NCBI RefSeq assembly: GCF_036323395.1
Contig: NZ_AP028907.1
Location: forward strand, 1,170,001-1,202,000
Source: Pyrodictium abyssi
GTDB taxonomy: Archaea > Thermoproteota > Thermoprotei_A > Sulfolobales > Pyrodictiaceae
Direction: 5' to 3'
Length of the DNA stretch: 32,000 nucleotides
Shown here: positions 9,035 through 16,789 of the stretch, piece after piece
Position numbering within the stretch: position 1 is the first letter of the stretch
How the letters are laid out: every line of letters begins with the position of its first letter
Made by a program: the position numbers and the translations under genes
Notes under the pieces: model-generated
The model's database searches: none
The model's input: the letters and a program-made list of their open reading frames with translations, nothing else
Told to the model about the DNA's origin: nothing

Positions 9035-9589
9035 GTGGCTACCAGCGTGCAGCAGCTCCCAGCGCAGCCGCTCTCCGAGGACGAGAAGGAGAGCCTACTC
9101 TACATGGTGGAGGAGAAGCTAGCCCGTGACGCATACAACAGGCTAGCCGAGATGTACCCCGACGTACCAGTGTTCGCCAACATAGCGAGGAGCGAGCAGC
9201 AGCACGTAGACTCCGTGATGCAGCTAATAGAGAAGTACGGGCTCGACGTAGAGCTAGGGCCGCCCGGTGTGTTCCACAACCAGGAGCTACAGAGCCTCTA
9301 CAACGAGCTAGTAGACCGCGGCTCCAAGAGCCTAGAAGAAGCACTGAAAGTGGGCGCACTGATAGAGGAGAAGGACATAGTAGACCTAGAGGAATGGCTC
9401 GCTAAGACCGACAACGAGGACATCAAGCTAGTCTACGAGAACCTAATGCACGGCAGCTTCAACCACCTATGCGCCTTCACAAGGACCATGAAAAGCATGC
9501 TAGGCGTAGACTACAAGCCAGTACTCCTCGACGAAGAGACATACAACAGCATCATATCCAGCTGCCAGATGGGCGGCCCCAAGCGCTAA
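9035..9589 (+). CDS. DUF2202 ferritin-like domain protein (possibly 5'-truncated by a frameshift; see findings)
   Basis: LSEDEKESLLYMVEEKLARDAYNRLAEMYPDVPVFANIARSEQQHVDSVMQLIEKYGL is the typical DUF2202 signature. GTG start at 9035. Confidence 0.8.
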   Translation: MATSVQQLPAQPLSEDEKESLLYMVEEKLARDAYNRLAEMYPDVPVFANIARSEQQHVDSVMQLIEKYGLDVELGPPGVFHNQELQSLYNELVDRGSKSLEEALKVGALIEEKDIVDLEEWLAKTDNEDIKLVYENLMHGSFNHLCAFTRTMKSMLGVDYKPVLLDEETYNSIISSCQMGGPKR

Positions 9590-10121
9590 AGGAATACAGA
9601 GAGAACACAGCCCCAGGGCACAACCCCCTACACAGCACCAACACCCCGACACACGCCACACGCATGAACGTATTTTCTCGCCCCAGGCAGGGACAAGCCC
9701 TCTGCCAGACACCACAGCGAGCGTTAGTGTTACCGTATTCAGTTAGCCTCGGAATACAGCATCTATGGGCAATGTCAGGTCAACGGATTGACCCAAGGTC
9801 TTCGCTGTCACTAAGAATTGATGACAGAAAGGTTAAGTACATGCAGTCAGGCAAGTGATAATCAATAGAGCTGACGGGAGAGGCCTATCCTGTTACAGTC
9901 CTGCATCATGTTAAATACTTTGGCGGGCTGAGAATGCTTTAGGATTTAGTAAAGCATGAATTGAAGCCACCGTCAAATGGACAAAGTGAGATTCAGAGAG
10001 CAAGCATGAAGCTCGTTGCGGGAATTACGGAATCAACAAATTTAGTTGTTTATGAAGTAAGGCGTGTTGAAACGCAGTGTAATTGATTGCTACTATGTGG
10101 CTGAGAATGATTAGACAGAGT

Positions 10122-11129
10122 CTAATTCTCTGCTATGTTATTTGGATGCTGTTTAAGCGATTCTACTAGCTCTTTCACCTTTTGCCAGCATAGGTATTCT
10201 CTCGACAGTCTAGCCAGTTCATTATCTATGTTGGCTACTTCTTTCCAGTCCACACAGCGCAAATATTGGTCATTAGCTAAATCTATGGAAAAGACCCTTA
10301 GGACAAGATATGTGATTATTCCACTGACATCGATAAACTTGTTGAGGTATTTCAGCAGGTATTCGGGAACGGGTTCAAGTTCTATCCAATCCCTATAGGT
10401 AGCAATTCTAGCACCCGTCTCCAAGAATCTGGGATGAACACGGTGTGCATGTCCAGAGAGTTCGCTGTAATAGTCATGTATTATTTTAAAAAGATGGCCA
10501 TCTATAATGCCCCAGTTCTTTAACTGTTCTAGAAGCTTGGCGAATGCAGCACTTGGATTAAAATCTGTCAGCTTACTTTCCATTAAGTCAAACAAGTATG
10601 CTGATGGTACAATTCTACTATCTCCTATTTCTTTCTCGATAAGCTCTAGCAGCTCTTTAAAGCTCTTAGCAGCTTTAAAGCCATTTATCTTCTTCAGATT
10701 CACTGCATTCTTACGGTATTGCGGTATTGCCAGTAGGTCAAAGATTATGCCACGGATAACACTCTCTAGCGCATTACGCAGTTCGCTGAAAGCTACACTG
10801 TAATAGCCTGTAAGAGCTGATAGAAGAGAATACCTCATAAGCATTACAGCATCATAATGATAGACTATTAGTGCTGTATGTAGTTGCCAAAACTCGTTGA
10901 AGATCTCCTCGTTGCATACATTTTTTGAAGGCATAAGACCAACAATTAATTCTCCAGAGCTGTTCATTGCACTCATTAAGTTATCAATTATCTCAGCCAC
11001 GCTCAACGTGCTATAAACCGATGGTAAAGCCTCAATATTATCGCTCACTTTGCTAATGTGAGTGCTCATATTTTTTGAATATGTATAGTACAAAATCGGT
11101 AATTCGTGCAAGCTTACGTAAAGTTTCAT
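10122..11129 (-). CDS. Hypothetical helical protein, a distant member of the same family as 12304-13038 and 13255-14037 (HEPN/DUF4145-like, tentative)
   Basis: 335-aa AT-rich ORF. It shares two blocks with the paralogs: LTGYYSVAFSELRNALESVIRGIIFDL and GIIDGHLFKIIHDYYSELSGHAHRVHP. Compare ALRQILEAITIAVYMD and YGLLSSYIHPF in the 13255 protein. Confidence 0.6.
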   Translation of the reverse strand: MKLYVSLHELPILYYTYSKNMSTHISKVSDNIEALPSVYSTLSVAEIIDNLMSAMNSSGELIVGLMPSKNVCNEEIFNEFWQLHTALIVYHYDAVMLMRYSLLSALTGYYSVAFSELRNALESVIRGIIFDLLAIPQYRKNAVNLKKINGFKAAKSFKELLELIEKEIGDSRIVPSAYLFDLMESKLTDFNPSAAFAKLLEQLKNWGIIDGHLFKIIHDYYSELSGHAHRVHPRFLETGARIATYRDWIELEPVPEYLLKYLNKFIDVSGIITYLVLRVFSIDLANDQYLRCVDWKEVANIDNELARLSREYLCWQKVKELVESLKQHPNNIAEN

Positions 11130-11467
11130 CCTCGTTCTTATTATTGTTACTCCGTAGCTCCACAGCTATCCCTAAGCTCTTTATAGACAACCAAGAAGCT
11201 ATATTTAAATTTTATAGTATAATTTCCTCGATTACTCTGTAAAAGGGCTCATACAAGGACAAGGGATGACCGTATAATGGTTCCGTATAATGATAGGAAA
11301 CCACGAGACACTTAGTCTGACGCTTTAGAGTCCATAATCTGCAGAATCTAGCTCTATGCACGATACGTCGGTAACCGGGATGAGCTTGAATGAAATAGCC
11401 CTGTAAGAATCCAAGAAGCTAGATATCAGCTTACAAGCACTTCATGTTATAATGATTGGCGTGATTC

Positions 11468-11983
11468 TTATAATGAGCTTTTTATCCTTAACGCTGGCCC
11501 TAATTGATAGCACATTATAATTCTTCTCGAGTTGTCTAGCATGATTTTTAGGGTGATAATGTTGAGGGCTTTCCTGGAGGCAAGTAATGTCCCAGCCAGC
11601 AGGCTGGCTAGGAGGAGTTTAGCAGCCGTTTGGATGTAGCTGGCCTTTTCTACTAGCTGACTATAGGCTTCTGGTCGAAGACGCCGTGCTACATTGTCTA
11701 CGAGATGTTGTGCTACATGCTCGTCGAGGACCAGAGCGCTAGAATAGAGTGCCCTCATAGCATAGCTTTTGCCGGTATTCGGTGGGCCTAGGGGCAGGGT
11801 CACGTCTCCTAGCGATAGCTCTGCGCTTCGGACGGGGCCGAAGTTCTCTAGGATAAGCTTCACTGGAGGTTCCCCTGCATATAGCCGCTGCACTCCTAGC
11901 CCTACCGGGCAGGGGCGACGCCCTATCAGCCTACCGTCACGCTCACAGCATGCCATTCTCCTGGGCGGTACATGAGACAGCAT
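11468..11983 (-). pseudogene. N-terminal relic of a P-loop (SMC/ABC-like AAA) ATPase
   Basis: VKLILENFGPVRSAELSLGDVTLPLGPPNTGKSYAMRAL is the N-terminal strand plus Walker A of an AAA_15/21/23-type ATPase. The ORF stops after ~170 aa with no Walker B or signature motif downstream. Its 5' part is distinctly GC-richer than the surrounding island. Confidence 0.5.
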
Positions 11984-12303
11984 AAGCAGAAACCTTCTAA
12001 GGGTACATGAGGAGCGACTATCCTGTAGCTTGGGTTATTGCCCTTCTCAGGGCCGTCTCAGAGGACTGGTACCTAACTAAACATGGCTCTAATCTATGCC
12101 TAGCTCCTTGCTTGGCCCCGACAACAGTCAGCCGGCCAAGTGCGAACCGTAGCCTGATTCCCGGATGATGGGCGGGCTTAATTTGCGGGACTTTTTTATA
12201 GCAGATCCTGGCAACTGGTAATGAAACGGATGAGATGCATGCATGAGATAATGTTGGTAAGGCTGAGCACTTAAGGGATGTATCCGATGAGCTTGATTCA
12301 CTT

Positions 12304-13038
12304 GTGGAAATGGAGTATGGGCTTGTATGGGCTGCATGCAAGTATGGTCTAGAGAATTTCAAGTACGCGGCGAGGAATGCTCGTGGGTTTATTCAGTCTT
12401 GTAGCGAGCTATCGGATACAGTTGAAGAGGTCTTCATGAAGTATTTTGTTGATATCGAGGATAACCTAGTAGGGGAGACTGTAACGCCTGCGGCACTACT
12501 CTACGTTATCGTGCCTCTAGGGTTTTTGTCCTATGTTTGCACGGTGGCTCTTCATGGCGCGTTGCCTTATGCAGCGGCTGGCCTAAGGCTTATTGTTGAA
12601 GCATTAACACTATCAGTATATGTTGATACTAAGTTTCCGGATAAAAGCTATGAGGAAAAACTAGACCTAATGTCAGAGAAGTATAATACATTTAGTGCCG
12701 TTGCTGAGGAGCTAAGAAGGTATGCAAAGATAGATAATAGACTTATAGATGACGTTATTACTGTATGGCGTGAAACATCAGCCTATCTCCACTTTGTTAA
12801 TCGTGCCCGAAGGGCTGGTGCGAAAGGCATACTCCGCCTAGTCGAGAAATATGTAGAGGAGCACGGTGCTCCTCCAAGCGGCTTCACTATACCGTTGCCA
12901 ACAGAGTTCCTCTTCGAGCATGATGCCAAGGAGCTAAGAAGGCTGGAAGAACTAATTAGATTAGTTACCAAGATTGTGCCTGGACTCCTTGAAGCCTGGG
13001 CAAGAACGCTCAGAGAGCACAGAGCTGGAGCTAACTAG
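12304..13038 (+). CDS. Hypothetical helical protein, paralog of 13255-14037 (HEPN/DUF4145-like, tentative)
   Basis: 244 aa. It is clearly alignable to the next gene: FMKYFVDIED / FLKYFVYIEE; LSYVCTVALHGALPYAAAGLRLIVEALTLSVYVDT / PGYVCTSILQAAIPLAYFALRQILEAITIAVYMDT; WRETSAYLHFV / YGLLSSYIHPF; EEHGAPPSGFT / DEHGIPPTFAT. Confidence 0.7.
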   Translation: MEMEYGLVWAACKYGLENFKYAARNARGFIQSCSELSDTVEEVFMKYFVDIEDNLVGETVTPAALLYVIVPLGFLSYVCTVALHGALPYAAAGLRLIVEALTLSVYVDTKFPDKSYEEKLDLMSEKYNTFSAVAEELRRYAKIDNRLIDDVITVWRETSAYLHFVNRARRAGAKGILRLVEKYVEEHGAPPSGFTIPLPTEFLFEHDAKELRRLEELIRLVTKIVPGLLEAWARTLREHRAGAN

Positions 13039-13284
13039 TTCTCCTATTCTTGGTTATGGCCGGAGACCGATACTGGATAACATCGGTGGTTGCAGTTACA
13101 AGTGAGTTTGTTGAAGAGTCACTGAGAAGAACTTGATTGATGCAAGCGTGTTATTCACTGTGTAGCTAGTCTCTAATAGCTGATAGGCTGATAGTATGTA
13201 TTGTGAAAAATATAAATAGATAAGAATGCTAGCTAGATACTGTCAAGCCGTGAAGTGTATACATGGCTGGAGGGATCTGATGGG

Positions 13285-14037
13285 ATGAAGTTAAAGGAGG
13301 AGCGTGGGGAGTTTGAGCAATTGAAGCGCTTTTACGTTGAGAATAGCTGCGAGGTAGCGCATAGTAACTTTAACTACATCCTTAAGATTGATAAAGGCTT
13401 GATCATAGCCTGTGACGAGTTCTATGAAATATGCATAGAGTTGTTTCTCAAGTACTTTGTATACATAGAGGAAAGTATAAAGGGAATCGACCCGGAGACA
13501 TACTTTAAGAGATATCTCCTGCCCTCCGTGCTTTTCTACATAGTAGCGCCGTTTCCTGGCTATGTGTGTACAAGCATACTCCAGGCCGCAATACCCCTTG
13601 CATACTTTGCGCTTAGGCAGATACTTGAGGCAATTACAATAGCCGTGTATATGGACACATGTCCGAGGTACAAGAACCTAGACTATGAAAGAAAGGCAAG
13701 GGAGGCCAGAAGGCTCACATTCTCTGATACACTTGGCTACTTTGAGCGGATAGACAGAGGACTCGCAGAGAACCTCAGAAGACTCTACGGTCTCCTCTCG
13801 AGCTACATACATCCCTTTGCCAGGAAGGGCCTGGGAGGTCTTGTGAGCCTTGCCGACAGATCGCTAGACGAGCATGGTATTCCTCCAACCTTCGCAACTG
13901 CATTTGCATTATCAAAATACACGGGAGGTAAGGCCGACGAGACTGAGCTTGCCAGGTTAAAGAAAACGATATATGAGACAGCTAGGCTAGTCATAGAACT
14001 AATAAACGTATGGCTCATGTACATTGCCAGAGGGTAA
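13285..14037 (+). CDS. Hypothetical helical protein, paralog of 12304-13038 (HEPN/DUF4145-like, tentative)
   Basis: The ORF is open from the GTG at 13255. The ATG at 13285 is preceded by GGAGGG. An AAAATATAAATAG TATA-like box lies at ~13209-13221. Paralogy evidence is given for the previous feature. Confidence 0.7.
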   Translation: MKLKEERGEFEQLKRFYVENSCEVAHSNFNYILKIDKGLIIACDEFYEICIELFLKYFVYIEESIKGIDPETYFKRYLLPSVLFYIVAPFPGYVCTSILQAAIPLAYFALRQILEAITIAVYMDTCPRYKNLDYERKAREARRLTFSDTLGYFERIDRGLAENLRRLYGLLSSYIHPFARKGLGGLVSLADRSLDEHGIPPTFATAFALSKYTGGKADETELARLKKTIYETARLVIELINVWLMYIARG

Positions 14038-14062
14038 CTGCAGAAAACGGGACTGGCATAGT

Positions 14063-15034
14063 TTATATCAGAAAGGTGTGCAGTTCCACGGATAGGTTTC
14101 TTGCTGCTAGGTCTACAGTATCTATTCGTCCCTCGGCTATCAGTTCTAGTAGCTTTTCAGCTGTTAGCTTAGCTTTATCTTCTCTTGTTATCCTCCTAGC
14201 AGCTTCTAGGATTGGTTTTAGGTTATCCTTTGAGAGCGTATGTATTGCTTCGCGTGCCTCTTCTTCAAGATTTTCTCGCAGAGCTCTTGCTAGTAGCTCT
14301 GTCGGTGTTTTGCCGTCTGTGCGTACTATTATTACTGCTATGGGTTTGTCCCGATGATGTCTTGCCAGTAATTTTGCGTAGCGTGCTGCCTGTAGTAATG
14401 GATTATGGCTCGCCGTTGCTATAGTTCCTTCCTCGGGAGTCTTTATTTCAAAAACTACTGCCATGCCAGTACAGTCTACATAAAGGTCTAGCCTTGCTCC
14501 AGTCGCAAAGTAGTGCTCCAAGTTTACAGTTTCACAGTCGGGAGGAAGTAAACTGCAAAGAACATGTTTTAACGCCTCCTTGAATGTCTCTCCGTCAAGC
14601 CTTAGAGTGAAGAGTGTGTCCAAGATTATTATGAGCTTTTCTGCGGTATTGTCTGAGGGTATTAAACTGAGTAGCTGCCCTACATGTGCCGCTACGTCTG
14701 TAGGACTTATTCCCGTCGAATACTGCATAGTATGATGTTGACTTCTGCATCTTACTGTAAGTGCATCCCAAGGTATGCTATCGTAGTGTTGCAGCCTCAT
14801 CACTTTGAGTCCTCTAACACTATGTCTAACAATGTAGGCTTTCCATTTCTCCTCAAGCTTTTCAGCAGCTTCAGGACTTATTGTCTCTACTTTCCTTACT
14901 ATGTTTCTATAGGTCTCTAGGGGCACGCAGACCAAGTCACCTACGTTCTCGCCTAACGATGATAGGATTATCTCAGACAGTGCGAGGTAGAGGGCTGTTT
15001 TGTCAACCGTTTTCCGCCTCGTTTTCCTCCTCAA
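14063..15034 (-). CDS. PD-(D/E)xK nuclease-fold protein with a basic N-terminus and a helical C-terminal tail
   Basis: 323 aa. The TTG start lies 4 nt after the stop of the upstream gene and is preceded by GGAGGT. The core is E173-H..ARLD183LYVD186...VVFE196IK198, followed by LLQAARYAKLL and PIAVIIVRTDG. This order is typical of PDDEXK/Rpn-like nucleases. The N-terminus is MRRKTRRKT. Confidence 0.7.
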   Translation of the reverse strand: MRRKTRRKTVDKTALYLALSEIILSSLGENVGDLVCVPLETYRNIVRKVETISPEAAEKLEEKWKAYIVRHSVRGLKVMRLQHYDSIPWDALTVRCRSQHHTMQYSTGISPTDVAAHVGQLLSLIPSDNTAEKLIIILDTLFTLRLDGETFKEALKHVLCSLLPPDCETVNLEHYFATGARLDLYVDCTGMAVVFEIKTPEEGTIATASHNPLLQAARYAKLLARHHRDKPIAVIIVRTDGKTPTELLARALRENLEEEAREAIHTLSKDNLKPILEAARRITREDKAKLTAEKLLELIAEGRIDTVDLAARNLSVELHTFLI

Positions 15035-15038
15035 GCGC

Positions 15039-16367
15039 TCATACCTCCGAGGCTATTTCGTTGGCGATTTTTGTCTTGGTAAGCTGTATAGAGTCCCTTA
15101 GTGGTTCGAGGAGAAGGCTTCTGATTTCCTCTCTAATCCGGCTTTCAGACATACTTGAGTAGGTGAACATGGAGAGATTAAGCATGTTTATGCCAAGATA
15201 GTTGTAAGTTGAGTTATTTATAGCTAAGCTTCTAGTCTCGGCCGGCACAGCGCCTACTATTAGATCAAGATCGAGTCCATTGCGTGGCAATCTGAGGGAG
15301 AAGAATGTTATTTGGGGCGTTCCCTTGGCCTCAAGATCGTTAAAGAATTCGTCAGGATCCTTGTAGTTTAGTAGTTGCGCTGCTACTTCTTCTGCTGACA
15401 CCTTTCTATCAGGACCTATTATGCCCCCATACGCTATTATACGATACTTTATCCCACTCACGCGAAGTACAACAGCTTTGCCGCCACGCCTTTTTACTTG
15501 ACCGTATAGGGCTTTCGCCAGCCTATTGGGGCCAATAGCGTTTATAACATCATAACCTGTTAACGTATCTACATCCCTGTTACTAGCATAACGTATTATC
15601 GCTTGAAACGCTGCTGTGAACGTTCTAACTTGTTTGGTTATAATACTTGGCCCATACAAGCGGACCTCTATTCCGCTTATATCGCTATTTGGACTCACTA
15701 AAGCTATTCCAGCAGGCTGGTAGCTTGTGAAACGTATGCTCGGGGAGCTAAGATTTAGAGTCCCTCCTATCGACACTCCAAGGTTTACCACACGTAGAGA
15801 TCCTGAAGCAAGCAGAAGTGGTATCCAATCTCGTCCTCCCACTCTTATATAGGGGCTATCTCGTCTAGTTAAGGGTAGAATCCATAAATTAGTGCCCCTA
15901 TAGCTATACATGAAGCCTCTCTCATAAACTACTAATGCAGCCCTTCTATCTACTTGTCTATTTGTAACGAGCTCTCCTCTATTAACCTCAAATTCCAGCC
16001 TTGTGCTATCAACGGGTTTAAGCGTTGCCTCGTTGCTCGGGAGTATACCTGCAACCATATCATCTATAAGCTCGCTAGGTCTAGCGTTTTGAGGAAATAA
16101 GAATACTATACGCCCTCTTGAATAAAGGTTAAGTTCCTGATTATTCTTAATATCGTCAACTATACTTTGTATGAGGTCCTCTTGGTGTATCTTTCCAAGA
16201 CACTCATACCTACCAAGAGGCCTCTTTTTAATTGATGTATAGCAGTCAGCTAGCTGTTGCAAAGTCTTGGTGGGAGTGGCTTGTTGCAGAAACACATAGT
16301 AGGGTATAGCGTCTGCAGAGAACTTCCTTATTGTGCTGGACATGCCTACCCCTATAGTGGCTAACAC
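15039..16367 (-). CDS. Unknown beta-rich protein; candidate divergent, catalytically inactive short Argonaute (MID-PIWI-like). This is a hypothesis from motif order only.
   Basis: 442-aa ORF from the GTG at 16367; the ATG at 16343 gives 434 aa. An ATATATAAT TATA-like box lies at 16378-16386. Ordered motifs (aa numbering from 16367):
- YYVFLQQ (23-29).
- RIVFLFPQ (86-93).
- ILPSN (108-112).
- RGTNLWIL (157-164; compare the PIWI motif K-L-G-G-x-x-W-x-L).
- NLGVSIGGT (195-203).
- AVVLRVSG (298-305; compare the hRDG strand, which is HVSG in Archaeoglobus Piwi).
There is no P-loop and no DEDX set. Confidence 0.45.
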   Translation of the reverse strand: MLATIGVGMSSTIRKFSADAIPYYVFLQQATPTKTLQQLADCYTSIKKRPLGRYECLGKIHQEDLIQSIVDDIKNNQELNLYSRGRIVFLFPQNARPSELIDDMVAGILPSNEATLKPVDSTRLEFEVNRGELVTNRQVDRRAALVVYERGFMYSYRGTNLWILPLTRRDSPYIRVGGRDWIPLLLASGSLRVVNLGVSIGGTLNLSSPSIRFTSYQPAGIALVSPNSDISGIEVRLYGPSIITKQVRTFTAAFQAIIRYASNRDVDTLTGYDVINAIGPNRLAKALYGQVKRRGGKAVVLRVSGIKYRIIAYGGIIGPDRKVSAEEVAAQLLNYKDPDEFFNDLEAKGTPQITFFSLRLPRNGLDLDLIVGAVPAETRSLAINNSTYNYLGINMLNLSMFTYSSMSESRIREEIRSLLLEPLRDSIQLTKTKIANEIASEV

Positions 16368-16448
16368 TATAGGTGAGATATATAATGCTGCAGTACTATT
16401 GAGCCAGCTAGGCCAACTAAGGCGTCTCTAAGTTCCATAGCACCATAA

Positions 16449-16679
16449 TCATCGCATGCATCTACTACCATCCCCTAGAAGCCTCATGGTGGTTTGATCG
16501 AGGCTTACCAGCTCGAGTCTGATTCTCTTCCTGTCTAGCTCGTATTCTCTTGTTGCCTCGGCTTCGTCGGGGAGGGGTTCATCTACGCCTAGAAGCCTTT
16601 CCTCTAGCAGGGCCTCGATCCGCTTCAGCGTAGCCTGGAGACCGCGTATCTCCTCTAGTAGCTGTTTCTCTACAGACAA
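16449..16679 (-). CDS. Small coiled-coil protein (antitoxin-like archaeal family), uncertain
   Basis: 76 aa with a TTG start. LLEEIRGLQATLKRIEALLEERLLGVDEPLPDEAEATREYELDRKR..ELVSL resembles small archaeal helical proteins that end in a ...vsLeel motif. It is GC-richer than its neighbours. Confidence 0.4.
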   Translation of the reverse strand: MSVEKQLLEEIRGLQATLKRIEALLEERLLGVDEPLPDEAEATREYELDRKRIRLELVSLDQTTMRLLGDGSRCMR

Positions 16680-16789
16680 GCTACTAGGGCACCCCGTTGC
16701 TACGGTATGAGCAGGCTCTGGGGGCGGTTAAGCTGCTCCTTCTATCTTCACGTCCTGGCCTCTAGCCTTAGGGAAATACATGGAAACAA

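Noticed and set aside
9925-10110. GGCTGAGAATG occurring twice, at about 9925 and 10099 near the left island edge, considered as a possible terminal repeat.
   Set aside because: Both copies are on the same side of the island, and nothing similar occurs at the right edge. An 11-mer repeat in AT-rich DNA is weak evidence.
12155-12275. Box C-like GGATGATGG and GATGAGA with a downstream CTGA, considered as a possible C/D-box sRNA.
   Set aside because: The C-to-D spacing is about 100 nt. There is no terminal stem or a proper C'/D' arrangement, and such short motifs are expected by chance.
12018-12362. A 114-aa minus-strand ORF and its nested 69-aa ORF between the ATPase relic and the first HEPN-like gene.
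   Set aside because: The translation is Ser/His/Pro-rich and low complexity, with no motif. It overlaps the start of the 12304 gene and sits in what looks like a promoter/spacer region.
13179-13194. A tandem GCTGATAG GCTGATAG duplication upstream of the 13285 gene.
   Set aside because: It is two copies of an 8-mer in AT-rich spacer DNA. That is too small to interpret and could be slippage.
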